This document shows positions 16,956 through 26,778 of a stretch of DNA of 51,599 nt, piece after piece. The position numbers and the translations under genes are program-made. The stretch comes from Candidatus Doudnabacteria bacterium (lineage in GTDB: Bacteria > Patescibacteriota > Doudnabacteria > UBA920). The notes under the pieces were generated by a model that saw only the letters and a list, made by a program, of their open reading frames with translations, ran no database searches and was not told the DNA's origin. Location: the NCBI GenBank assembly GCA_023245995.1, contig JAHFJH010000005.1, positions 1 to 51,599 of the forward strand. Reading direction: 5' to 3'. Each line of letters opens with the position of its first letter. The stretch's first letter is position 1.

Positions 16956-17820
16956 TCATTTGTGGTTTAACAAAGAAGCTAAAGAAGCGACTGCGCTTTA
17001 CGCATCACTTTTTGAAAATTCTAAAATTGGCAGTGTTACTACCATTCCAAATACGCCAAGTGGCGACTGCGATATAGTAAGTTTTACTTTGGCAGGTCAA
17101 GAGTTTATGGCTATTTCAGCTGGTCCAAATTTTAAACTTAATCCTTCTATTTCTCTCTTTGCGGTGTTTGAGAGTGAGGAGGAAATGGACGCTGTTTGGG
17201 AAAAGCTTGTAGAAAGTGGAAAAGTGCTTATGCCATACCAAACATACCCATGGGCAAAGAAGTATGGTTGGCTTCAAGACAGGTTTGGGCTGTCTTGGCA
17301 GTTGTCTATGAGTGAGAACCATAAACTGGAACAGAAAATTACCCCAATGCTTATGTTTACAGGTGGCGTTGCAGGCAAGACAAAAGAGGCAATTGCTAAG
17401 TATACAAGTATTTTCTCAAACTCTAATATAGATATGACAGTTCCATACGGTGCGGGCGAAGGCGACACCGAAGGGTTTATAAAGCATGCGCGTTTTACTT
17501 TAGCGGGTCAACATTTTATGGCTATGGACAGCTCTGCTCCCCACGGGTTTGGTTTTAACGAAGCAATTTCTTTTATAGTTAACTGTGAGACGCAGGAAGA
17601 AATAGACCATTTTTGGAGAGCACTTTCGGCAGTACCAGAGGCAGAACAGTGTGGCTGGCTAAAAGACGAGTTTGGGGTTTCGTGGCAAATTGTGCCTACT
17701 CTTATGAAAGAGTATATGGGTAGTGGCGACAAAGAAAAAATCGCGCGCGTAACTCAGGCTTTTCTAAAAATGAAAAAATTTAATATAGCAGAGCTTACAA
17801 AAGCTGCGGAATTAGGCTAA
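16939..17820 (+). CDS. tandem VOC/PhnB (3-demethylubiquinone methyltransferase-like) protein
   Basis: Two repeats: KIVSHLWF...YGWLQDRFGLSWQ and KITPMLMF...CGWLKDEFGVSWQ. Confidence 0.9.
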   Translation: MQKIVSHLWFNKEAKEATALYASLFENSKIGSVTTIPNTPSGDCDIVSFTLAGQEFMAISAGPNFKLNPSISLFAVFESEEEMDAVWEKLVESGKVLMPYQTYPWAKKYGWLQDRFGLSWQLSMSENHKLEQKITPMLMFTGGVAGKTKEAIAKYTSIFSNSNIDMTVPYGAGEGDTEGFIKHARFTLAGQHFMAMDSSAPHGFGFNEAISFIVNCETQEEIDHFWRALSAVPEAEQCGWLKDEFGVSWQIVPTLMKEYMGSGDKEKIARVTQAFLKMKKFNIAELTKAAELG

Positions 17821-17869
17821 GCATTAGCAGAGTAGCGAACTTTATAACTTATAATTATTCACAAAATAT

Positions 17870-18271
17870 ATGAACAGAGTTGTACATTTTGAAATACATG
17901 CGGGTAACCAAGACAAGGTGCAAAAGTTTTACGAAGAAGTTTTTGGTTGGAGTTTTCAGGACATGGGCGCACAAATGGGAAATTATAGGCTTATTACTAC
18001 TGGCAAAGACGAAGACGGTGCAAAGTGGCCTGGTATAAATGGTGGCATGAATCCACGTAGGGGAGAGTCACCGCGGGGCGGCGAGCCGGTAAATGCTTTT
18101 GTATGCACAGTTTCAGTAGAAGATATAGATGACATTTTAGAAAAAATAGAAAAAGCCGGCGGTAGTGTGGCGACAGAAAAAATGCAAGTCCCCGGCGTAG
18201 GGTGGCTTGCATACCGTAAAGATCCAGACGGTAATTTGTTCGGGGTTTTACAGCCCGTTGCGACAAATTAA
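17870..18271 (+). CDS. VOC/glyoxalase family protein
   Basis: VVHFEI...FYEEVFGW, GINGG and VPGVGWLAYRKDPDGNLFG. Confidence 0.9.
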   Translation: MNRVVHFEIHAGNQDKVQKFYEEVFGWSFQDMGAQMGNYRLITTGKDEDGAKWPGINGGMNPRRGESPRGGEPVNAFVCTVSVEDIDDILEKIEKAGGSVATEKMQVPGVGWLAYRKDPDGNLFGVLQPVATN

Positions 18272-18325
18272 TATGTACAAGTTCTATAAATTTTAGATGC
18301 AGTAGAGGATAGTCGGGTATATTTT

Positions 18326-18360
18326 AAAAAAAGACAGTACCAAGTTTGGTACTGTCTTTT
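18326..18360. terminator. bidirectional intrinsic terminator
   Basis: AAAAGACAGTACCAA/TTGGTACTGTCTTTT. Confidence 0.75.
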
Positions 18361-18367
18361 GTAACGT

Positions 18368-18883
18368 TTATGGACGATGATAGAGTAATTTTAATTTTAC
18401 AAGCCCGCGGTGTAACTGTACAGAAATAGAATTTTTTGTAAGACCGGTAATAAGCGATATTTCTTGCAGTGAAAGTTCTTGCGAGTAGCGCATGCGCATA
18501 ATTTTGTGGTATTTTTCCGGAAGTTGGCCAATATATAGCATTGCTGCTTTGCCATCTATAATGTTTGGTAAGCGATTAGGGGCAGTATTTGTTGGTTCGT
18601 ATCCTTTTTCTATGAGTGCATCGAGTGAGGAAGTAGTTCGTTTTCGGTATCCGTCTATAATAAGACCATTTAAAACATGATACAAAAATGCTTTCATAAC
18701 TTCTATTTTACCACCCCTAACCAAAAAACTCCACGTTTTTAAGAAAGTGTTTTGCACCAAGTCTTCGCTGGTTGCATGGTTGTTGGTTTTGAAAAACGAC
18801 CGTGCATTTAAACCCTTGGCGTAGTCTCCATGGGCCTTGGTTAATACTTTTTGCATTTGCGTTTCTTGTCTTTGGCTGGTCAT
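18368..18883 (-). CDS. ECF-type RNA polymerase sigma factor
   Basis: EDLVQNTFLKTW and KAFLYHVLNGLIID (region 2); LSLQEISLITG...VQLHRG (region 4). Confidence 0.88.
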   Translation of the reverse strand: MTSQRQETQMQKVLTKAHGDYAKGLNARSFFKTNNHATSEDLVQNTFLKTWSFLVRGGKIEVMKAFLYHVLNGLIIDGYRKRTTSSLDALIEKGYEPTNTAPNRLPNIIDGKAAMLYIGQLPEKYHKIMRMRYSQELSLQEISLITGLTKNSISVQLHRGLVKLKLLYHRP

Positions 18884-19104
18884 ATTGCTGAAGCCGTGTG
18901 TAGGGCCGGTTTATTACATTGGCATTACACGTTATAAAACTTGAAAGTAATTTATCGCTTATGTATGGCATTTATATAAATTTAGCAACCATGCTCTTAT
19001 TACAATAGTGTTGCTTAGCGAGGGTTTTTGCTGACTCAAGCATAGCACCTTTTGCACTTAGATGTTTGTTGTAATGTAATTGTCTGTTTTACGGCTTAGT
19101 GAGT

Positions 19105-19698
19105 ATGGAAACAGACAAACAAGATAAGGATAGAGCAAAATCAAATGCTTCGGTAGACGAACATTTCTTGGAGCATTATTGGGAGCATAGTTGGACTTAC
19201 ATTAAAACAGTGGTAGACGTAGTGCGAGAACCTGTGCTTATTTTAGACAAAAGCCTGCGGGTTATGGCTGCTAATGAGTCTTTTTATAACACTTTTCAAG
19301 TAGAGCCAAAAGATACAGAAAAACAAGTTGTATATGAACTTGGCAACGGCCAATGGAATATTCCTGCCTTACGAAAATTATTAGAAGATATTTTACCTAA
19401 GAATTCTTTTTTCAAAGGTTTTGAAGTCACACATTTGTTTCCTTACATTGGACGCAAAGTCATGATTTTGAATGCAAGACAAATTCATTCCACAAAAGAA
19501 GGAGTAGCTGAGTTGTTTCCACCTATTATTTTACTTGCGATGGAAGACGTAACCGACATGATGACGGTAGCAGAAACATTGGCCAGTCATGCACGAGGGG
19601 TGCAGAATGCTTTTGGCGAGAGAACCAGTAAACTTGAAGCTAAGCTTAACAAGCTTGAAAAAGAAGTTCGTGAGCTAAAAAAGCCTTTGACAAAATAG
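19105..19698 (+). CDS. stand-alone PAS domain protein with coiled-coil tail
   Basis: VVREPVLILDKSLRVMAANESFY..F...YELGNGQWNIP.LR.LLE, as in CheB/CheR-associated PAS domains. Confidence 0.82.
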   Translation: METDKQDKDRAKSNASVDEHFLEHYWEHSWTYIKTVVDVVREPVLILDKSLRVMAANESFYNTFQVEPKDTEKQVVYELGNGQWNIPALRKLLEDILPKNSFFKGFEVTHLFPYIGRKVMILNARQIHSTKEGVAELFPPIILLAMEDVTDMMTVAETLASHARGVQNAFGERTSKLEAKLNKLEKEVRELKKPLTK

Positions 19699-19778
19699 AA
19701 AACACAATGTAATTACTTAGCACTAGTTGCGGCTTATATTGTAGAGACATAAGTGTGAAAAATTATTAATTATATTTT

Positions 19779-20135
19779 ATGGATTCAACAAACTCACCAA
19801 GTACTAAACCGCTATACCACGGAACGCAAGTAGTATGGTATATACTTGGAATTTTAGAAGCTGCGTTGGCATTCCGTTTTTTGTTAAAGTTGCTTGGTGC
19901 AAACGCGGCCGCTGGCTTTACAAGTTTTATATATGGAGTTACTAGTCCTTTTGCAGCGCCGTTCTTACGGGTATTTAGTATAACTAAAGTTGAGGGAAAT
20001 GTTTTTGAATGGACAACAGTCTTGGCAATGATTGTGTATTGGCTTGGTGCGTTGGCAATTGTCAAATTATTTTTTATAAGCAAAACGGTTTCAACCACAG
20101 AGGCAGCAGTGAAGTTGGATAAACAGGACATGTAA
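19779..20135 (+). CDS. YggT-like membrane protein
   Basis: GILEAALAFRFLLKLLGAN...FIYGVTSPFAAPF. Confidence 0.75.
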   Translation: MDSTNSPSTKPLYHGTQVVWYILGILEAALAFRFLLKLLGANAAAGFTSFIYGVTSPFAAPFLRVFSITKVEGNVFEWTTVLAMIVYWLGALAIVKLFFISKTVSTTEAAVKLDKQDM

Positions 20136-20139
20136 CTAT

Positions 20140-20442
20140 ATGATAATTGGATTAATAATTGTTTTTGGAGCGTTTGTTGGCACCATCTGTTATAAGTTTT
20201 TTGGGTCACAGTCTACTCTGGTGTGGAAAATAATATCTGGTATAGCTGGTGTTGTTATAGGCAGTTCTGTAATGGCCGCGGCATACGTATTAAATTTTAT
20301 CAGTCGGCAGGAGGCAATATCTTTTAACTGGTACAGTGTTGCAATGGGGGTAGTTGGAATATGTGTAGTTGTGTATACGGTATTTGTGGGTAAGGCACAA
20401 AATGTTGCTGTATTCCGAGTGGTAAAACGCTCGCATATTTAA
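20140..20442 (+). CDS. small membrane protein (GlsB/YeaQ-like)
   Basis: Three hydrophobic Gly-rich segments. Confidence 0.6.
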   Translation: MIIGLIIVFGAFVGTICYKFFGSQSTLVWKIISGIAGVVIGSSVMAAAYVLNFISRQEAISFNWYSVAMGVVGICVVVYTVFVGKAQNVAVFRVVKRSHI

Positions 20443-20512
20443 ATTGTATATACACTGGTTTTGGCAAAGGAATTATTACAAGTAATAAAAAATATTTAAT
20501 AAAGGAACAAAT

Positions 20513-20653
20513 ATGACAACAGATAATGATGTAGCAGATGCAGATAAAAAAGTAGTGGAGGCGCAGATGGCTAGTGCAGAAGCGCACGAGGCGGCGTCAC
20601 AAGAGCACCACGCTGCGGCCGAAGAAGAGAAAAAAGCTGCAGATTCAGACTAA
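20513..20653 (+). CDS. 46-aa acidic Ala-rich peptide
   Basis: AAAGGA upstream; MTTDNDVADADKKVVEAQMASAEAHEAASQEHHAAAEEEKKAADSD*. Confidence 0.6.
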   Translation: MTTDNDVADADKKVVEAQMASAEAHEAASQEHHAAAEEEKKAADSD

Positions 20654-20702
20654 ATTGCAAAGCCAATTTTATAATTATTTTTTAAATTTTAAAAAAGTGC
20701 TT

Positions 20703-20951
20703 ATGGGCATAATTCTTTGGATAGTGTTTGGGGCTCTGGCTGGTTGGGTTGCTTCGGCTCTTATGAAAAACAACGAAAGTTTGTTTATGAATATTGTCAT
20801 TGGTATTGTGGGTGCAGTGCTGGGTGGCTTTATTATGGGTTTGTTTGGGCAAAGTGGAGTGAATGGGTTTAATATATACAGTTTTGTTGTCGCTATTGTT
20901 GGTGCTGTCGCTCTTATAGCTATTGTGCGAGCCATGCGCCGTACGACTTAA
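20703..20951 (+). CDS. GlsB/YeaQ/YmgE stress-response membrane protein
   Basis: MGIILWIVFGALAGWVAS..M...NIVIGIVGAVLGG...VVAIVGAVAL. Confidence 0.9.
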   Translation: MGIILWIVFGALAGWVASALMKNNESLFMNIVIGIVGAVLGGFIMGLFGQSGVNGFNIYSFVVAIVGAVALIAIVRAMRRTT

Positions 20952-21045
20952 TAGATATGCAAAAATTGCGGTTACAATTAAAGCCATGTGTCCGGCAGAA
21001 ACATCCTTTCTAACTTTATAAAACTTCTTAATTAAATAAAATTCT

Positions 21046-24000
21046 ATGAGACATTTTTTAGCAAAGCTTGCCGTAGTCGCTGTTTTGGCTACACCGCTTG
21101 CAGGGTTGCTGCCACTTGCAGCTTCAGCTGCGGGTCCGGCTCAAGTTAATCTTTTATCGGCCGGTAATTTTTCTCTTCTCTCCAGCGCAGGGATAACAAA
21201 TACAGGTAGTCATTCAACAATTGTGGCCGGTAATGTTGGGGCGAGTCCTATTACCGCCGCTTCTATGAATAGTGTATTTTGTTCAGAAATCACGGGCACC
21301 ATATATGGTGTAGACGCGGCCTATGTTGGTAGTGGTAGCCAAACTTGTTTTGCGGGCAATCCGCCTCTTGCAAACAAAACATTGGTGGACAACGCGGTAG
21401 GCGATATGAATACAGCCTACATCGACGCTGCTGGCAGGACACTTCCAGACGGAATAGATTTATATAGTGGAAATTTGGGTGGGCAAACGCTAACACCCGG
21501 ACTTTATAAATGGAATACCGACGTTACTATTCCCACAAGTGTAATCCTTTCTGGTTCCGCAACTGACGTATGGATATTCCAAATATCTGGAAACTTAAAC
21601 GTTGCTTCTAGTGGCAGTGTACCTACAGGTGTAAAAGTTATACTCTTAGGTGGAGCCAATGCTTCCAATATTTTTTGGCAGGTTGGCGGAAGCATAGGTG
21701 CAACACTAGGCACGTACGCAACGTTTAACGGCAACATACTAAGTGCAAAACAAGTTATTATACAAACCGGAGCAGTTCTTAACGGTAGGGCTTTAGCTCA
21801 AACACAAATTACTTTAGACGCAAATACAATCTCAGTTCCTCCATCTAGTGTGGCTCCTCAAACATGTGCCACTATAAATTTGGCCAGTGGAACAAGTACT
21901 AAAACAGCAGGATTTACAGAAACAACTCAAAACTCTCCTGTAACTGCACTGCTCCCTGCTTCGTATAGTGTTGGAAGTTTGGCGCCAGCCACCGTCACTT
22001 TACCAGTTATACCACCGTGGGTGGACCCAAGTCTAGACGCAAACTTTACAGGTACGGGTGCTTTGTGGACCTCAACTCATGCCACTTGGCCCGGTGGAAG
22101 TGGTAACGTCGAAGGTTTGCCAAGTAGCGACCAGTGGAGACTGTTCGAAGATAATTTTAACCTCCCAGTTGGCGCAACGGTGACTTCTGCTAACCTCTCT
22201 TTTTCTGGCGACAACGCGGTTGACGTATATTTAAACGGAAATACTACCCCTGTAGCTACTACAAACAACACCTATGGGGCGGTACCTGGAGCGTTGCCAC
22301 AGAATTTTGCAAGCAGTTTTAACACTCCATTTGTGCCTGTGATTGGCAACAATGCACTAGATTTTGTTTTAAGAAATTGGGGCGGGGATTACTCTTCTAA
22401 CCCGACTGGTTTGTTGTACAAAGCTACTATAAATTACTGTGTCCCAACTCCTCCCGAAAGTGTACAAGTACATATTTATAAATATATAGACGGAGTACAC
22501 GCAACGAGTTTGCCTGCTAGTGCCAATGGAGCAAGTTTCCCTATGCTCACTTCCTATAGCGACCCAAATGTTGGTGCGGGCACTAACGTACCATTTACAC
22601 TAAATCAAAATGGCTGGACAACCGGCGACCTGCCATATGAAGCATCTACTGGTCCAAGAACTTTAGGGTCTTCTGCAAGTTTTTCCGAAGACACAACAAC
22701 AGCACTTGTTGGTGCCATCTGCACACTTGGCACTAAATATGCTTTAGAGGGTTATAGTGTTGGAACGACATTGGCTGAGGCAGTGGCCAGTCCAGCTACT
22801 GCAAGCTCGCCTAGTTTTTCTTCGCTTGCAACCGATGAGTATGTAATTGTTCGTAATACTTCCTGCCCAGTTACGCCTCCAACATCACTTAAGGTACACA
22901 TATTAAAGTACTTAAATGGGCAAAAAGCAACGCTTGCAACCGCCAATAATTATCAGTTTCCTATGACTGCAACATGGAGCGCCCAAAATATTGGTGCGGG
23001 TAGCGGCAGTTATGTCCTTGGGACTAATTTTGGTGGGGCTGTGGATGTGTATGGTGCAGATACATCTACCATGACAGCACCGGCTAACTATGTTACCGCT
23101 GAAGTAACAGACAACACGAGCCAAGTTGTTGCAATGCCTGAAGCTTGTTTGCCAGGTAAGTATCTTTTAAATGGGTACAGAAGTAGTGCTGTAAGCTTTC
23201 TGGATGCAGTAACTCAACCGCTTCAGTTGGTGTCACCTAGCTTTACCAACTTACTGAGCGACGAATACATAATTGTCGACAATGCGAGTTGTCCTACTAC
23301 CGGAAGTTTAACCGTACAAAAAGACACAATTGGTGGAAATGGCACATTTAGCTTTAACGGAGATGGAGGCGTGGGTGCTTTCCAAATAACGACTACTAGC
23401 AATACTGGTAGCAAGACTTTCACCAACTTAACTCCTGGTACGTATCATATAGTTGAAAGTGTGCAGGCTAAATGGACACAGACAGATACTGAATGCGCAA
23501 GCGTGGTGGTGGTCGCTGGAGCTTCTCCAACTTGTGTTATTACAAATGCCAACAATAAGTTGCTTGGAGAAATTCGCGGAACCAAATACGAGGACCGTGA
23601 CGGTGACGGCAAACTTAAAGACGGAGACCATCATAAACTTTCGGGTTGGACTATTTTCTTAGACACAAACAATAACGGGGTCTTAGATACCGGAGAAATG
23701 TCTACAGTAACAAACAGTCATGGTGAGTATCATTTCTCAGGGCTTATAGCTGGTAGTTACCACGTTCGCGAAGTAGGGCAAACAGGCTGGATGCAAACAT
23801 ATCCAACTAGCGGTAAGTACGACATTATGCTCGCTAGCGGACAGCTTGCTAAGAAAAAAGATTTTGGTAACTTTAAATTCGGAAGTATTTCTGGTATGAA
23901 GTTTAACGACGCAAATGCCAATGGTAAAAAAGACATAATGGAAGTTGGGCTTGCAGGTTGGACAATTAACTTAAAAGGTCCAAATGGTTTTATGGCAACA

Positions 24001-24240
24001 ATGGTTACGGACTTGAACGGGAGTTATACGTTTGAAAACCTTGGTCCAGGAAAGTATATGCTCAGCGAAGTTATGCAAAACACTTGGACGCAGACTATGC
24101 ATCCAAATTGGGTTAAAGTTCAGTCAGGGACAACGTCTATAAACAACAACTTTGGTAACACACAAAAAGTGCTTAATCTAAGGTGGCATGAAAATGACCG
24201 CGATAACGATGAAGACTATAACTTCAGAAAGAGAAATTAA
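21046..24240 (+). CDS. secreted multidomain protein with DUF3494 ice-binding domain and SdrD-B-like repeats
   Basis: Signal peptide; LGGQTLTPGLYKW, WIFQISG.L, ASNIFWQVG..ATLGT..F.GNIL and LNGRALAQTQITLDAN; C-terminal GTKYEDRDGDG...LSGWTIFLD and GMKFNDANANG...GLAGWTI. Confidence 0.88.
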   Translation: MRHFLAKLAVVAVLATPLAGLLPLAASAAGPAQVNLLSAGNFSLLSSAGITNTGSHSTIVAGNVGASPITAASMNSVFCSEITGTIYGVDAAYVGSGSQTCFAGNPPLANKTLVDNAVGDMNTAYIDAAGRTLPDGIDLYSGNLGGQTLTPGLYKWNTDVTIPTSVILSGSATDVWIFQISGNLNVASSGSVPTGVKVILLGGANASNIFWQVGGSIGATLGTYATFNGNILSAKQVIIQTGAVLNGRALAQTQITLDANTISVPPSSVAPQTCATINLASGTSTKTAGFTETTQNSPVTALLPASYSVGSLAPATVTLPVIPPWVDPSLDANFTGTGALWTSTHATWPGGSGNVEGLPSSDQWRLFEDNFNLPVGATVTSANLSFSGDNAVDVYLNGNTTPVATTNNTYGAVPGALPQNFASSFNTPFVPVIGNNALDFVLRNWGGDYSSNPTGLLYKATINYCVPTPPESVQVHIYKYIDGVHATSLPASANGASFPMLTSYSDPNVGAGTNVPFTLNQNGWTTGDLPYEASTGPRTLGSSASFSEDTTTALVGAICTLGTKYALEGYSVGTTLAEAVASPATASSPSFSSLATDEYVIVRNTSCPVTPPTSLKVHILKYLNGQKATLATANNYQFPMTATWSAQNIGAGSGSYVLGTNFGGAVDVYGADTSTMTAPANYVTAEVTDNTSQVVAMPEACLPGKYLLNGYRSSAVSFLDAVTQPLQLVSPSFTNLLSDEYIIVDNASCPTTGSLTVQKDTIGGNGTFSFNGDGGVGAFQITTTSNTGSKTFTNLTPGTYHIVESVQAKWTQTDTECASVVVVAGASPTCVITNANNKLLGEIRGTKYEDRDGDGKLKDGDHHKLSGWTIFLDTNNNGVLDTGEMSTVTNSHGEYHFSGLIAGSYHVREVGQTGWMQTYPTSGKYDIMLASGQLAKKKDFGNFKFGSISGMKFNDANANGKKDIMEVGLAGWTINLKGPNGFMATMVTDLNGSYTFENLGPGKYMLSEVMQNTWTQTMHPNWVKVQSGTTSINNNFGNTQKVLNLRWHENDRDNDEDYNFRKRN

Positions 24241-24295
24241 ATATTGCTTATTAATAAATTAAGATTGTGTAAAAAGCAATCAGTAAAGGGAAAAT

Positions 24296-24388
24296 ATGAG
24301 TAACCAACCACATCCTGGGGTAACCCCCACCACACAGCCACCGGTTAAGCCAGACGAGGCAAAGCCAGAGGCGCATACAAATAAATAG
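24296..24388 (+). CDS. 30-aa Pro-rich peptide
   Basis: AAAGGG upstream; MSNQPHPGVTPTTQPPVKPDEAKPEAHTNK* just before the terminator. Confidence 0.4.
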   Translation: MSNQPHPGVTPTTQPPVKPDEAKPEAHTNK

Positions 24389-24397
24389 GTACAGACG

Positions 24398-24431
24398 AAA
24401 AAAACTTTCGACATACAGTCGAAAGTTTTTT
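24398..24431. terminator. bidirectional intrinsic terminator
   Basis: AAAAAACTTTCGAC/GTCGAAAGTTTTTT. Confidence 0.75.
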
Positions 24432-24461
24432 GTTTGGTGGTTCTAAGTCCAATTGGTGTAG

Positions 24462-25532
24462 CTAGTTGTCTTGGTCAAAGTTTTCTAAATAAGTAGTAAG
24501 TTGCTTGTTTACGCGTATAAAGGTGGCGCGTTTGGAAAATTCTTTTAAGGTTTTAGCACCTATGTACGTGCCGGTACTGCGAAGACTTCCAAATAGGTCT
24601 TGTATAAAGCTTGCTACACTACCTTTGTATGGCATGAGCACATAGCGTCCCTCCGAAGCCCTGTGCGCCTCTTTTTTTCCGTAAAATTCTAGCAACGCTT
24701 TGTTAGAAGACGAGCCAAAGTATTCTTTATATTTTTTACCGTCCTTTTCCACCAATTTACCGGCGCTTTCGTCGAATCCCGAAAACAGTGAGCCGGACAT
24801 GTTAAAGTCTGCACCAGCACAAAACGCCTTAGCAATGCACGAAGGGTATTGTTGCCCGCCGTCGGCTATTACAAGACCGCAACCTTTGGTGTTAGAAATC
24901 CCGTGTGCTGCATCTGCGCACTCAATAACTGCAGAGAGTTGCGGGTAGCCAACGCCAGTCATGCGTCTTGTGGTGCAGGCAGAGCCTGGGCCTATGCCTA
25001 CTTTTACAATATCGGCGCCGGATAAAATAATTTCCTCGGTCATTTCGTTTGTTGCAACATTACCAGCAATTATTATGTGTTCTGGGGCAAGTGCGCGAAT
25101 AAGCTTTATAGTTTCTAAGAATTTTTCTAAGTACCCGTTGGGCACGTCTAGGCATATAAAAGAAAAATTGTTCAGCAGGCCGGCTTCGCTCATGGCCTTG
25201 AGTTGTGTTATGTCCTCGTCCCTCATGCCCAGCGTGTAGACTACAAAGTTTGGGTTGTTAAAAGTTTCAAAAAACTTTTGGTATTCGGCTTGTTTGTAGT
25301 ACTTATGAAATGTGGTTATTATTTTGTGTGGTGCTAACACCCGAGCCATTTCAAAAGTTCCGCAGGTAGCCATGTTGGCAGTCATAATAGGCACACCAGT
25401 CCACTGTTTGGGGGAGTGGTAAAAGCGAAAAGTACGCTCAAGTACGACCTCTTTTCTTGAAGTAAGAGTACTTCGTTTTGGCCGTAGTAGTACGTCTGCG
25501 TAGTCTAGTTTTATATCTTCTTCTATTCTCAT
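24462..25532 (-). CDS. guaC: GMP reductase (type 1)
   Basis: [38 protein letters not shown] and [19 protein letters not shown]. Confidence 0.95.
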   Translation of the reverse strand: MRIEEDIKLDYADVLLRPKRSTLTSRKEVVLERTFRFYHSPKQWTGVPIMTANMATCGTFEMARVLAPHKIITTFHKYYKQAEYQKFFETFNNPNFVVYTLGMRDEDITQLKAMSEAGLLNNFSFICLDVPNGYLEKFLETIKLIRALAPEHIIIAGNVATNEMTEEIILSGADIVKVGIGPGSACTTRRMTGVGYPQLSAVIECADAAHGISNTKGCGLVIADGGQQYPSCIAKAFCAGADFNMSGSLFSGFDESAGKLVEKDGKKYKEYFGSSSNKALLEFYGKKEAHRASEGRYVLMPYKGSVASFIQDLFGSLRSTGTYIGAKTLKEFSKRATFIRVNKQLTTYLENFDQDN

Positions 25533-25632
25533 GCCTACACTGTAACGGATTTATGCTTTTGCATCAATATAATAGAGTAGGTCTAGTTTTATTTTTAAAT
25601 AGTACTATACTAAAAGTGAAAGGGATAAACAT

Positions 25633-26184
25633 ATGAAAATAATACAAAATGCAGAAAGTTTGCAAGTGCCATTTATGCGTTTTTTATTTCAGGATAGGCG
25701 CACGGCGTTCTTGTGGCTCCTAGTAAGGCTCTACGTAGGGTATGAGTGGCTTATTGCCGGTTGGGAAAAAGTACATAGTCCTTTATGGAGCGGGTCTGGT
25801 GCTGGTGGGGCCGTGAAGGGTTTTGTAATGGGCGCACTACAAAAGACGTCTGGTGCTCATCCAGATGTGCAGAGTTGGTACGCTTGGTTCTTACAGCACG
25901 CTGTCTTGCCACACGCACTCTTGTTTTCGCATTTAGTGGCGTATGGAGAGTTGCTTGTTGGGATTGGTCTTATTGTAGGTTTGTTTACAGGTGTTGCTGC
26001 TTTTTTTGGTGCGTTTATGAATGTGAATTATTTACTGGCTGGCACTGTTAGCCTAAACCCACAGCTTTTGATATTGCAAATTTTTCTTTTGTGGGCATGG
26101 CGTGTAGCTGGATGGTTCGGCTTGGATGGAGTTGTTCTGGGCAGGTTTTTTAAACATAACTCTGGGGCTACATTGTTTCATTAG
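25633..26184 (+). CDS. DoxX family membrane protein
   Basis: RLYVGYEWL.AGWEK and GELLVGIGLIVGLFT..AAFFG.FMN.NYLLAG. Confidence 0.88.
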   Translation: MKIIQNAESLQVPFMRFLFQDRRTAFLWLLVRLYVGYEWLIAGWEKVHSPLWSGSGAGGAVKGFVMGALQKTSGAHPDVQSWYAWFLQHAVLPHALLFSHLVAYGELLVGIGLIVGLFTGVAAFFGAFMNVNYLLAGTVSLNPQLLILQIFLLWAWRVAGWFGLDGVVLGRFFKHNSGATLFH

Positions 26185-26228
26185 TTTGTAATGTGGGAGC
26201 TTGTGTAATTATAAACAATACACTGCAT

Positions 26229-26756
26229 ATGAATATACATCCTTTATTTGTTCATTTTCCGGTTGCTTTACTTAGCACTTATGCCGTGTTTGAACTTCTG
26301 CGGTTTAAAAAAATTACAAGCCAAAATTACTGGTTTTATGTAAAAGCAGTTCTGGTCATTGCCGGCACTCTTGGGGCTTGCGTTGCGTACTTGGCGGGAG
26401 ATGAGGCTAAGCACCTTATTCTACAAAAGCATGCAGACTTAAAATCGCTCATTGCTTTGCACGAGAATTGGGCTTTGGTAACACTAATAATTTTTGCTAT
26501 TATCGCTTCCAGCTACACTGTTGTTTGGTTGAAACAGTATAAAATTGGTTGGCTTTCTAAAGACAATTTTTTTGGCAGGTCATGGAAGTTAAAGATTATG
26601 GTTGCAGGCTTCATCCTTAACTCATCAATTGTTCTTATACTTGCGTTTGTAGGCCTTGTGGCTTTAACTATAACCGGCGCGCTCGGTGGAAGCATTATTT
26701 ATGGACACTCGGGCGACCCGTTCACCGCGTTCGTATATAGTATATTTTTTAGGTAA
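26229..26756 (+). CDS. DUF2231-like membrane protein
   Basis: HPLFVHFPVAL, HE.WA and TGALGGSIIYG. Confidence 0.8.
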   Translation: MNIHPLFVHFPVALLSTYAVFELLRFKKITSQNYWFYVKAVLVIAGTLGACVAYLAGDEAKHLILQKHADLKSLIALHENWALVTLIIFAIIASSYTVVWLKQYKIGWLSKDNFFGRSWKLKIMVAGFILNSSIVLILAFVGLVALTITGALGGSIIYGHSGDPFTAFVYSIFFR

Positions 26757-26778
26757 GTTGTAAAATTGTCCACTTTTG

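Noticed and set aside
11020-18271. Integron cassette array
   Set aside because: No integron integrase and no recurring attC-like GTTRRRY inverted-repeat structure seen between the genes.
20574-20702. Basic N-terminal extension of the GlsB-like ORF
   Set aside because: It is an off-frame read of the 46-aa peptide gene; the family N-terminus begins at ATG 20703.
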